Source: the human T2T-CHM13v2.0 reference genome, Homo sapiens. Taken from it: a DNA stretch of 64,000 bases. A program made the translations under genes and the position numbers. Every line of letters begins with the position of its first letter. Position 1 is the first letter of the stretch. The notes beneath the pieces were generated by a model. That model made no database searches. It had not been told where the DNA came from and saw nothing but the letters and a program-made list of their open reading frames with translations. Shown piece after piece: positions 12,793 through 24,867 of this stretch. Where the stretch lies: NCBI RefSeq assembly GCF_009914755.1, contig NC_060942.1. The stretch is one strand, 5' to 3'.

Positions 12793-14636
12793 CCCAGTAA
12801 CATGCCAAGAGCTGTCTCTCAAAAGAAGAGTATCTCTCTGTGGAAGATGGAGGGCCTTGCTCCAAAATCCTAGAGGCCTCTGCTGTGAGTCACTTATGGG
12901 GGCCTGCCAAAGGCTCCAAACAACATCCATACCTGCCTCTCACACTGCAAGCACCATTGGATCTGCTGGATCATATGGCCCAAGTGGCAGAACAGCTTGC
13001 ACAGCAGCCTGAACCTGTTGCAGAGCCTTCTCCTGTTCTGGACCCCACTCAAAACTGGTAGCCTTTTGGGTCACTTATTAAATGGGCTGGAGTAACACAC
13101 CCAAATGAGGAATATGTTGCCTCCAGAATCCAAATAGACCGAGTAGGAGTTGTGCTTCTTTCTTGATTTTAAGAGGGGCCAAATGCAGCAACTTATCCTT
13201 CACCTTAAAAGGAATATCTTGGCAGGTCCCATGCCACTGGTCCCCTAGAAATTTTACTGACATAGAAGTTCCCTGAATTTTAGTTAAATTTATTTCCCAT
13301 CACCTGGCACACAAATGTCTCACCAATAAGTGCACAGTGTTTGCTGCTTCTTTCTCATGGATCCAATCAGCATAATGTTGTCAATGTAGTGGACCAATGT
13401 AATATTTTGTGGAAGGGAAAAGAGATCAAGATCTCTGTGAACAGGATTATGACACAAAGCTGGAGAGTTGATATACCCCCGAGGTAGGGCAGTGAAGGTA
13501 CATTGCTAGCCTTGCCAGATGAAGGCAAATTGCTTCTGGTGGGCCTTATGGAATGGAGAAAAAGGAATGGAGAAAATGGCATTTGACAAATCAATGGCTG
13601 CATACCAGGTACCAGGAGATGTGTTAGTTTGTTTAAGCAATAAAACCACATCTAGTACAGCAGCTGCAATTGGAGTAACTACTTGGTTAAGCTTACCATA
13701 ATCCACTGTCATTATTAAAGATCCATCTTTCTTCTGCACGGGCCAAATAGGAAAGTTGAACGGGGTTGTGATGGGAATCACCACCCCTGCATCTTTCAAG
13801 TCCTTGATGGTGGCACTAATCTCTACAGTCTCTCTGGGAATGCAATATTGTTCTTAATTTACTATTTTTCTAGGTAGAGGCAGCTCTAATGGCTTCCATT
13901 TGGCCTTTTCCACCATAATAGTCCTCACCTTACCAATCAGAGAGCCAGTGTGGGGAATCTGCCTGCTGCTGTGTATGTCTATGCCAATTATGTATTCTGG
14001 CACTCAGTGCCCTCAGCCTCATCAGGGTCCTCCCACACATCCCCCATTCCAAGTTGCAGGGTCCCGTATTTTTTCCAATTAATGCCCTCACTTTAACAGT
14101 AGACACACCTGGTGAGGCCAAGCGTGTACGTTTTGTTGCAGGTCAGCCACTAGCATGATAAGAGCTTGTGTCTGATATTCCACAATTTCAGCCCTTTGTC
14201 TACAGGAGATAAGATTCTCACCCAGGGGAATCTTTTAGAAGATTTGAGGCTCAGTATGTGCTCTGGAGCTGGGAATTAGAATCCCCGAGCACATCATTTT
14301 CTTTCATCACTTTGTCCAGCAAACATAGAAGCAACAAACCAACTTCATTATGTTCCATGGTTTTCCACATATGGTCAAAGATATCATGTGTAGAGTCACT
14401 AAACTCCTTGCCTCTCATAAGCAGTGAATCAGGAGTATCAAATATATTTATTTTGCATAACTCTCTCAACAATTCATGCAAAGGGCTATCAATGTTCTCC
14501 ATACTATTAGAAAGTAGAGTCCTTATCATTTTTGGGCCTAATAATATTAAGCAGTCAACTCTTGAAACCCTCAAAGCAACTAAAAAATCCATCCTTAAAA
14601 TTCTGTTCCTCTCAAAGCACTTCTGGTACCAAAATC
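12793..14636 (-). pseudogene. HERV-L internal 5' part: gag N-terminus, protease C-terminus, RT relics, PBS
   Basis: Gag-like SNSMENIDSPLHELLRELCKIN (14251-14592); [16 protein letters not shown]...[12 protein letters not shown] (13506-13799); active site reads YIDN (13377-13388); TGGTACCAG PBS on minus next to the LTR (~14617-14631). Confidence 0.92.
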
Positions 14637-14695
14637 TGTTTTAGTCAGGGTTCTCTAGAGGGAACAGAACTAATAGGATAGTTTATTAAGGAGTA
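14637..14695 (-). mobile_element. Truncated HERV-L 5' LTR (only ~60 bp of the MLT2A 3' end left)
   Basis: tgttttagtcagggttctctagagggaacagaactaataggata matches the 7565-7610 LTR end, then stops at a palindrome. Confidence 0.85.
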
Positions 14696-14779
14696 TACTC
14701 CTTAATAAACTCCCTTAGAGTAATAGTATAGTAAAAGTGTGAGAAGACATTACTTTGTAATGTTAAATGTATTAAAAAG

Positions 14780-14968
14780 AGAAAACATGACTTCCTTCTT
14801 TTTATGCCTATGTAATATTCCACTACGTATGTGTACTACGTTTTCTTTATCCAATCCACTGTTGATGGGCACCTGGGTCGATTCCATGTCTTTTCTATTG
14901 TGAATAGTTTTGTGGTGAACATATGGTGCATGCATCTTTTTGGTAGAATGATTTCATTTTCCTTTGGA
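14780..14968 (-). mobile_element. L1P(B)-type ORF2 end/3' fragment
   Basis: ctttatccaatccactgttgatgggcacct...; minus translation KLFTIEKTWNRPRCPSTVDWIKK resembles the ORF2 C-terminus. Confidence 0.8.
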
Positions 14969-15307
14969 AATAGATGAAGCTGAGAACTCCAAAGTCCCCA
15001 ATTCACCTGATTCTCTGTCAACAGGAGAGCCAGTTCATGTACACTCATCTGAATAAATTAGTTTTCTATATAGGCACACTGCTTATATGAAATGCACACA
15101 GTGTTTTTTTGAAGGGCATTGCACTGAGTAATAATTAAAATGACCACTGGGTTGTATTGCTGTTTTATCTCATGTTCTTTTCTAACAGCGTATTTATTTT
15201 TACTGCAGTTTCTACTTTTGTTTCCACGACCCTTGGTGTCACTTTTCTCTCCTACAGCACTTCTAATATTGCTGATATAAATCATTTTCTCCTCTCCTTC
15301 CCCCTCT

Positions 15308-15380
15308 GAAGATGATGGTGATAGTGATTAATATGGTGATAATGTTGATGATGACGATGATAATGGCGAAGGTTGAAGAA
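15308..15380. repeat. Degenerate (GAT)n low-complexity tract
   Basis: gatgatggtgatagtgat...gatgatgacgatgataatggc. Confidence 0.7.
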
Positions 15381-17406
15381 GAGGCTTTTAATTATTTTAT
15401 TTTATATTTTTAATGTTTTAACTTTAAAACTGATTAGTGTGATTTTTGACCTGAACATTTGACTATAGATTATGTATAATTATGTGATTTTAACATTTAT
15501 TTTCCAAAGAAGAATATTGTAATTTTGTAGTTTTTGATGAAGTCAATAAGTTATTTCCTAATAAGTATCTTCATGTTCTGGGAAGATACTTAAGTCATAA
15601 AGCAATGACCTGTAATTGACAATTACATTAATTTTTTCAAAGAAAGTATAATAAAATATATAGTATTCAATAAATTTGAAAACATCAATCTGAATTTTAA
15701 TCAGCGTTACCCAAATCTAAACCTATTTAAACACAGATAAGATGAGTCAACCAGCCAGTGAATCCTGGGGGCCGAGGGCAACGACAGGATTTGTGCTTGG
15801 ATTGTTCTTTCAGTAGATTTGATCAAATAGTATTAATGTGATTTGAACTCTGAAATTCCAGCCAGAGCCTAGAAAATCTTTTATTTAATTCCCCTGCTAC
15901 CTGAAATCACTGAGTTTAACACGCCTCCAGTTCTAATCCATTAACGTTAACAACCTTCAGAGCCATTAGCGATAACAACTTCCTCCATCACAGTTTCTCG
16001 TAGTAACCCCCTGTGAAGAATTTATACAAAAAGTAGATCAAGGGAGAATAAACAAATTCACATCTTTTAACACACTGATACTAGCCATGGGGACAAAGTG
16101 CGTGGTCAAGGCTTCTGTGTACACACATCAAGCTAAGAATTCAGCAGACTCCATTGCCGCTGTTCCCATGATTTCTTATTTACTTCAGGATGGAAATTCA
16201 TGTCTTACAGGGCAGGCTAGGTTCATAATGCCACCTTTCTCCCTTCTGGAGTTTACAAACAACTGTCAGACGGACAGAGAGCCAGTGGTGAGGGAGGCTG
16301 CAGAGTTGCAGTCATTTGCTGTAAACTCAATTCTTCTTCCTTCCTGCCTGCTTTGTGCTTCCGCAAGAACCAAGTATTTTGAAGATTGCCCCTTCAAATC
16401 ATGCAAACTTTTAAATGTCTCTTCTCGTCTCACCTGGACATTTGGTTTTGATTTTGCATTTGCAAACTAGGGGTGGATTTAGTATCCCATTCTGGCAGTG
16501 GTTTTAGACCTGCTGCTGGGCCTGCATTGCCTTTCCTCTTCTCTCTTTTGTTGGCCTTTGTTCAGGGCATTGCCAGGCAGCAAGGTGGGACTGGGGTGTG
16601 GGCAGCAGAGACAAGTGCTGGGATTAAGTGATTTTTCCTTTTTTACTTACTGTTATTTAAACTCTGGATATTCTCTGTCTTAAGTCATATTGAGGGCCTT
16701 GCATTTGTGTAGATTTTTTTTTTCTTTATTTTTCTCCATTGTTTTTCAGTTACCTGGAAATTTCCAATTTTTTAAATCATAAAAAAAAAAAGTCATAATT
16801 GGAAAGTTCTTTAAGGGGTCTTGTGGTCTAGTCTCCACCCATAGGGTGGTTTGTGAAGTACCACCCCATTCAAGTGCTATGGTGTGTGAACTCGATGAAA
16901 AAGTATTCTGTTAGAAGTAAGGCCTGTGTAGAATCCTAACACATTCTAAAACATTCCATGGTAACTAGAACCCCATTACATTGTTTCATCATGCAAGTTG
17001 CAATAATTTCAGGACGATATTCCGAAATTTGGGCAAATATAAAAGTTAATTGCTAATGAAAATGCAAGAATTAATTTTATTATTGTTACATTACAGGGAA
17101 AGAAAAAGGATTTTATTCATTGGTAGAACTGCAAAGGTGTAATAATTTTAATAAATAAATTTTTTTTTCTGAATTCTTTATTTCTGAACTAGCTGAACAG
17201 ATTTTTATTTGAGTTTCCCTTAACATAGAGGATAACTAACTTGTAGCAAATACTAACTGAATGGAGTTAAAAGTCAAAATTTCAAGGTTTTTGTTCATAT
17301 TCAACTACATATTTCCAATGTTTTGTTAGATTATTTTAATGTTATTCATAGTTATCAATATCAATGATTTATAACCTCAACTTCTTTGTATAACAACAAA
17401 CACTAT

Positions 17407-18004
17407 TGTTACCATAAAGGAGTCCTGATTCAGACCCCAAGAATGGGTTCTTGGATCTCACACAAGAAAATATTCAGGGTGAGTCCACAAAGTAAAGTGA
17501 AAGCAAGTTTTTTCGAAAAGTAAAGTAATAAAAGAATGGCTACTACATAGACAGAGCAGCAGTATGGGCTGCTTGTCTGAGTATACTTACAGTTATCTCT
17601 TGATTATATGCTAAACAAAGGGTAGATTATTCATGAGTTTTCCAGGAAAGGGGCAGGGATTTTCCCCAACTGAGGTTTCTTCCTCTTTTTAAAATATGTA
17701 GGGTAACTTCCTGATGTTGCCATGGCATTTGTAAACTGTCCTTGGCCTGGTGAGAGTGTCTTTTAGCATTCTAATGTATTATAATTAGCATATGATGAAC
17801 CGTGAGGATGACCAGGAGTCACTTTCATCACCTTCTTGGTTTTGGTGGCCTTTGGCTGGCTTCTTTATGAGTCCTGTATTTTGTGTTGATCTCCAGTCTC
17901 ATCCTGTGACTAAGAATGCCTAACCTCCTGGGAATGCAGCCTCAGCCTCTTTTTACCTAACCCCTATTCAAGATGGAGTCACTCTGGTTTGAATGCCTCT
18001 GACA
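17407..18004 (-). mobile_element. MER41B-like ERV1 solo LTR
   Basis: Minus strand starts TGTCAGAGGCATTCAAACCAGAGTGACTCCATCTTGAATAGGGG and ends GGTAACA; 4-bp TSD CTAT (17403-06, 18005-08). Confidence 0.92.
17640..17648. promoter_or_regulatory. GAS (STAT) motif TTCCAGGAA within MER41B
   Basis: Exact TTCN3GAA at the position of the known MER41 STAT1 sites; the neighbouring tandem site is mutated. Confidence 0.55.
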
Positions 18005-18959
18005 CTATGACCTCATTTTGTTGTTGTTGTTGTCATGGTTCAAGTAATATGTTAGAGTAACTCTTTTTTAAGTGGATTGCATGCACTTTGTGCTTCACTG
18101 TGGGTAATTTTGATCCTTCACTCATTTGGTGGTATGGCTGATATGCACTTTGGCACTATTAATTTTCAAATTCTGTGTACTGCACCATGAGGATGATAAA
18201 AGCCTAAAGAACTCGGAGCCATACTGCACATGCCTTTAGAGCCATCGGCATGCCATGTTAGTGGCTATACAGTCTGCCAAGCATCCTGATGCTAGCAAAG
18301 ATCTTAATATTCTTATGGCTGGTGATTTAACATGAGATTGAATAAAAAGGATCACAGCCTCTAACTTTAAGTTCATTATTAAGACACCCTGATCTTCACC
18401 ACTTTAGAGATTTTTTTTTTGTTGCTAGAGTCACCAGCTTTGTCTTTTCAAATAAAAACTTCTCCCATTTATGTTCTATGACTTCTCCTCTAACTCTCTT
18501 CTTTTAAACCCTTGGAAAAAAGTTCTCAATGAATCCATACTTCTTTTTCAACTTATACCAATATTTAAAGAAGCAAATTTCTTTTTAGCTCTTTATACTG
18601 ATAATTTTAATATATTAGTTACTGGCCTATGAAGCAATACATTATTATTTAGGGAGTCTTGATGTAAGAAGGGTATGAAAACTCAAAATTTCAAGTTTGT
18701 CTTGTGAGCTAGATTTTATCATCCATATCCTCGATTGCTGCTGTTTTACAGACCAGCTTTTTTGGCTGTTTGCTTTACTCATCACTGTGGCCCCTTCATA
18801 GTCTCAGATTCTTATTGTCTGTTTTCTTTTTTCTGACCTTATGCCTATTGCTTTGCTAACTTGATTCTTGTTATTGGTTTTGCCAGACTCCGTGTCTTTG
18901 TTTTGAGATAAAGTTTTAGCTAAGAGTTTGGCGTGATCAAGAAAACCCTATTATCTCTG

Positions 18960-19262
18960 CATTAGTTCATTCGTTTATTATGACAACTTCATTAATTGAA
19001 CATGATGTGGTAACTACTGTGGTAGAAACTAAAGGTACAGTCACAATGCTTGCTATGAAGAAACTCTATGGAGTAGAAAAAATGCTAGAATACAGTATGG
19101 GAAGTGATATGATTGAAGTGTGGGGTGTCTTGAGAATGCAGAGAAGGCACAGTACAAAGGGAAAAACTAAATCTATCTAGGAGTGGAGTCAAGAGAGCAG
19201 TCAGAAAACTGTGCAAAGGAGGTGGCTTCTGATCTAAGTCAAGAAAAATTAGCAGGAGTTCA
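18960..19262 (-). mobile_element. L2 3' fragment
   Basis: ttcattcgtttatt...; tcagaaaact...ggaggtggcttctgatctaagtc...gcaggagtt resembles reverse L2 3' region. Confidence 0.5.
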
Positions 19263-19439
19263 ATCGTAAAGTCCTTTCACCTGTCTACTAACTCTTTACC
19301 TTCAACAAATACCTCTAATGTTACAACATCATTTTTTCTCCTTTATGTTTTTCTCCTGTTACCACCCTATTTCACTTTTTCTCATCAGGGCTCACCTTCT
19401 TGGAAAAGTCTTTTAGATTTTCTCTATTTTCTTAAAAAC

Positions 19440-19680
19440 TAGACACTCATCAATCATAGCTATCCAGATTCTGCTCCAGCCACTACACAAACACTATTGG
19501 TCAATCTTCAGAGGTGACATCCTAATTGCCAAAATCAATAGCAGCTTTTCTCGATTGTCCTATTTGACCCGTCTGTATCGTCTGGCACAGGTTACCACTT
19601 CCTTCCTGAAACTCAGCCATTCATTCACTTTTTGCTATCACTTTCTCCTAATTTTCCCCATTTCTGGATGCACATGTTAA
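19440..19680 (+). mobile_element. L2 ORF2 (RT) relic
   Basis: gtgacatcctaattgccaaaatcaat...tatttgacc...ggcacaggttaccacttccttcctgaaact resembles the L2 RT region NDL..AKS..LLDLSAAFDTVDH. Confidence 0.6.
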
Positions 19681-20139
19681 GATATTCCTTAGGTAATTTC
19701 TCTTTCTCCTCACCCTATGTAAACAACGATAGAAACATACAGCTCTATGGTTCTCTTTGATAAATACATTACATTAGTTAGTAATAGCTAAGTATAAGAT
19801 TCCTGTTCTATAGAACTGATGACTGGACTTGTGTTTCTCTGGTCTAGATAGCCAGCCTGCAGAGGTGTCATTATTCTGACGCCAGTTGATCTGTGTGTAG
19901 TGTTTGTAAGGGGCCTACTTTATGTAAGATTCTAAAGGTAAGAAATGTGTACATAGCTAGTTAACGAATCATATGCCAATAACAACTTAGGATTATTTCC
20001 TTTTCTTCTCCTTCCATTAGTATTCTTGAATGCCTTATTAGTTTTGCAAATATAATTTTATTTTGATTTCTATTTCTACTTGTTTGTATGAAATCCATTT
20101 GCTTTATTGTTGTTTTCTATTTGCAATATATCTCACAGC

Positions 20140-20330
20140 AACTGTGAGCTCAATGCCTCTCCGGTCTTCAATCATGCATTTATTCGCTCCTTTCATGTCA
20201 TTAAGGATGATGTTAAATGGGAATAGGATGATGATCCATCCTAAGAGCACCTCATTAGACACTCCTCCCCAACTGTAGAGTGAGCTATTTGTCCAGTCCC
20301 CTTGACCAGCCTTCTCTCACCTATGTTTCC
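20140..20330 (-). mobile_element. CR1/L3 RT relic
   Basis: tcatgtcattaaggatgatgttaaatgg...cctaagagcacctcattagacactcctccc resembles reverse CR1 SGVPQGS..LFNIFINDL segment. Confidence 0.45.
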
Positions 20331-21799
20331 TCAATAGCTACTTTAACTAGGCTGTCATCATTGCTCAATTTCCCAAATTTCCTTTCTTCATTTTTCTCTT
20401 TAAAAAATGAGAGCTGTATCTAACCCATTATCAATGGCTCATTGATTTTTATGTTCCTCCTTATTTGTTACCAGGCTTGTATTTTCTCTGCCCTCTTTTC
20501 TTCTCTTCCAACACTTAAAACTCTACTCAGTGGTGTTACTAATATGTCTCTGTGTTGCTCTTCGCCAGTGTTCCTTACCGAAATTTCCTATCTTAGATTC
20601 TGTTTTCCATTTTTAACTGACTTTTGTTTGTTTGTATATCTTATAAAATAAGTTAAACTGCTGGAAGGTAAAATAAACAAAAGCATGTTGTACGTGCTTT
20701 TGAAGTGAGCATTTTATAAATTATGCTTTTTTGAGGTGATGATGGGTGATAATTACAAACGTCTTTCATACAATTTTTCCCCATATTGTTCAGCAGTTGG
20801 AAACCCTTTTTTTTTTTTTTAGAAATATTAGTGAGCTGCTGTGACACAGAAGAGATTGGAAAAACTGAGAAGAATCTGCAGCTGTAGGAAACACAGTTTA
20901 AGGACTTTGCCTTTGATTATTATCTTGCTGGTAGAACAAATATAGCAGCTGTTGCTAATAATGTACTTGGGTGCTGCAGAAAACATGCTCCAGAAATCAA
21001 CTCCATTTGCCAAGTTTCAGGACAGACAAAAGTTGCTTTTTTATATTTATTCATTAAAATTTTTATTTTATTTTAAGTGGAATCTTATACAACGTTCATT
21101 CTATGTATTTAAATATTATCATTACAAATATATTTTGCTTTTCATGTACTTGGGAATTTTTTTTAAAAGGAATGACTATACATTAAATAAAACAGTAATT
21201 ACAGAAAATTCCATGGACAGATTTGTAGAAATATCAGAATTCTCCAATATATGAGTTGCGTGTCTCTTAACTTTCTGTGGGAAAAAAAACATATGATTAA
21301 GTATTTCTTATAATATAGAGATATAAAGAGAGGAATTAAATCTTATAGCTCTATAAAGATAACATTCAGACATTTTACCTTTCTGTTATTAACAACGTTG
21401 TTATATTTTATTTGTACCTGCAAATCAGTGACACCTTTTCTATTTCTCTTCTTGCCTATATTCCCGAATAGTACATAGACTTTATATATCATATTTTATA
21501 AATCTTATAACATGTTTTTTCTTTATTAATAAATTCAAAATAATTGTGCAGTACTGTTAACAAATGACATTTTTTTCCTTTGAGTATTGTCTTCAAGTTC
21601 TCAACATTTTTTGCTTCCATTTATTTTGTTACTTTTCAAAGTTCCTAAAAGGAAATGTGAGTGTATCTGTGGAAATTTGGAAAATTTAGTCATATTCAGT
21701 CTTAATACAATTACCCACACACATGTAATTTCTGTGACCTCCAAATTTGAGTTTTCACAATTTTTTTTTTTTTTAATTTTGAAAACAGGTATCTTCTGG

Positions 21800-22275
21800 A
21801 ACTACCTTTCAACTTTATCCTTCTGTACCTGGCTTATCTAACTTAACATGTCTTCCAGGTTTCTTCATGTTGTAACAGATAGAAAGATTTCCTTTTCATG
21901 ATTACATAACATTTTATTGTATGTATCTGTCATGTTTTCTTTATCCCTCAGTGGACATTTAGATTGCTTTCACATATTGGTTATTGTGAATAATGCTGCA
22001 ATGAACATGAATGTGCAGATATCTCTTTAAGATACTGATTTCATTTCCTTTAGATATATACCATATAGTGGGATTGCTAGATCATATGGTAGTTTTTTAA
22101 TTTTAATTTTTAATTTTTGATGGAACCTCCATACTACTTCCATAACGGCTGTGATAATTTACATTAACAACAACTGTGTAAGGGTTCACTTTTATCTCCA
22201 TGCTTGCCAACATTTATATTTTGTCTTTTTTGATAGAAGCTACTTTAACAGGTGTAAGATAATCTCATTGTGGAT
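21800..22275 (-). mobile_element. L1MA/MB fragment
   Basis: ttattgtgaataatgctgcaatgaacat...gggattgctagatcatatggtagtt...ggaacctccatact. Confidence 0.8.
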
Positions 22276-22875
22276 ATTTTAAAAATTTTAAATAGTTTTA
22301 CATATTTTGGGGGTACATGTGATATTGATACATGCGTATAATATAGTGATTAAACCAGGGCAATTGGGAGATTCGCCTTTTATGTGTAGGGAACATTCCG
22401 ATTCCTCTCTTCCAGAAATTTTGCACTACACAATAAATTATTGTTAATTAAAGTTGCCCTACTGTACCATCAAACCTCAGGCTTTATTTCTTCCATCTAA
22501 CTGTATTTTTGTATGCACTAACTAGCCTTTCTTCTATCCCTGGCCACTACCTTCCCAGCCTCTAGAACTACCCTCTAACTCCATGGGATCCACCTTTTTA
22601 GTGCTCACTTATGATTGAGAACATGTGGTGTTTCTCTTTCTGCACCTGGCTTATTTCACTTAACATAATATCTTCCAATCCCATCCATATTGCTGCATAT
22701 GGCAGGATTTCATTTTTTTAAATGGCTGTGGATATCTACCACATTTTCTTTATCAGTTCACCCATTGATGGATACTTAGGTAGATACTGTCTTGGCTATT
22801 GTGAATATAGCTGCAATAAACATAGAAATACAGATATCTCTGCAACATACTGATATCCTTTCTTTTGGATATATA

Positions 22876-24445
22876 AATCTCTCCTATATATACACATATA
22901 TCGATATGTATATGTATATCCCATATATACACATATATCCATATGTATATATATCCCATATATATATCCTATATATATAATTCAGCAATTTTGCTGCCAA
23001 ATATATATATATAGGATACATATATATAGGATACTATATATAGGATACATATATAGGATTATATAGAGGATATATATAGGATATATAGAGGATATATAGA
23101 GGATATATAGAGGATATATATATAGGATATATATATAGGATATATATATAGGATATATATATAGGATATATATATAGGATATATATATAGGATATATATA
23201 GGATATATATATAGGATATATATAGGATATATATATAGGGTATATATTTATAGGATATAGGATATATTTATAGGATATATATATAGGATATATATATAGG
23301 ATATATATAGGATATATAGGATATACATATAGGATATATACATATATATATGGGATATACATATAGGATATATATATGGGATATACATATAGGATATATA
23401 TATATAGGATATACATATAGGATATATATATAGGATATACATATAGGATATATATATAGGATATACATATAGGATATACATATAGGATATATATATATAG
23501 GATATACATATAGGATATATATATGGGAAATACATATAGGATATATATATGGGAAATACATATAGGATTATATATATGGGAAATACATATAGGATTATAT
23601 ATATGGGAAATACATATGGGATTATATATATGGGAAATACATATAGGATATATATATGGGAAATATATATATGGGATATATATGGGATATACACATGGGA
23701 TATATATGGGATATATATACACATGGGATATGTATATGGGATATATATACATGGGATATGTATATGGGATATATATATGGGATATATGTATATGGGATAT
23801 ATATGGGATATATGTATATGGGATATATATGTGGGATATATATGGGATATATATATGGGATATATATAGGATATATATGATGTATATGGGATATTTATAG
23901 GATATATATGATGTATATGGGATATATATAGGATATATATGATGTATATGGGATATATATAGGATATATATGATATATATGGGATATATGTAGGATATAT
24001 GGGATATATATATGGGATATATATGGGATGTATATATGGGATATATATATAGGATATATATGGGATATATATGGGATATATATATAGGATATATATGGGA
24101 TATATATATGGCATATATATGGGATATATATGGGATATATATATGGGATATATATATGGGATATATTTATATAGGATATATATATGGGATATATTTAGGA
24201 TATATATATGGGATATATATATATGGGATATATTTATATGGGAGATATTTATATGGGAGATATTTATATGGGATATATATAGGATATATATATGGGATAT
24301 ATGTATGCGTGTATATATATGGCTATACATGGCAGCGAAATTGCTGAATCATATATATAGGTTCCTATATATATATCTATATATATATATATCCTCTTTC
24401 TCTCTCTCTCTCTCTATATATATATATGGCAGCGAAATTGCTGAA
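22876..24445. repeat. Complex AT-rich minisatellite of (TA)n-AGG/GGG units with an inverted proximal block
   Basis: Over a hundred TAGGATATATA / TGGGATATATA variants; 22876-22999 carries the complementary ATCCCAT/ATCCTAT units. Confidence 0.97.
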
Positions 24446-24741
24446 TCATGAAATAGTTTTATTTTTAGTGTTTTGAGTACCATCCATACTGTTCCTTGGT
24501 GGCTGTACTAATTTACATTCCCACAAACAGTGTATGAGCACTCCCCTTTCTGTACACCCTTGCCAGCATCTTTTAATTTCCGTCTTTTAGGTAAAAGCCA
24601 TTTTAACTGGGGTGAAAGAATATCTCATTGTAGTTTTGATTTACATTTTCCTGGTGATTAGCAATGCTGAAGTTTATTTTTTCATTAAAAAGTCCATATA
24701 TATACCTTCTTTTGAGAAATGTCTATTCAGATATTGTGTCC

Positions 24742-24867
24742 ATTTTTATTTTTAACTTTCATTTTAAGTTCAAGGGTACAAGTGCAGGATGTGCTTGTTA
24801 CACACCTTGTTACATAGGTAAACGTGTGTCATGGGGGTTTGTTGTGCAGATTATTTCATCACTCAGG
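24742..24867 (-). mobile_element. Short L1P (PA13-16/PB-like) 3' terminus inserted in the L1MA
   Basis: ttttaagttcaagggtaca...ttacataggtaaacgtgtgtcatgggggtttgttgtgcagattatttcatcac; degenerate flanking duplication attgtgtccattttta / attttgttcatcttta. Confidence 0.75.

Noticed and set aside
8114-14636. Functional or domesticated HERV-L gag/pol/dUTPase
   Set aside because: RT motif is YIDN, frames are fragmented, pol is split by THE1B, most of gag is deleted and the 5' LTR is lost.
16087-16470. 127-aa ORF in unique sequence
   Set aside because: No recognisable domain or gene context; this length is expected by chance in 64 kb.
22876-24445. Possible CRISPR-like repeat-spacer array
   Set aside because: No unique spacers or constant repeat length, no cas genes, and the DNA is primate.
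22982-24451. Long ORFs of 360, 256 and ~125 aa rich in Y/I/P/S or G/Y/I/W/D
   Set aside because: Translation artefacts of the TA/GG minisatellite, whose units rarely create stop codons; no coding features.
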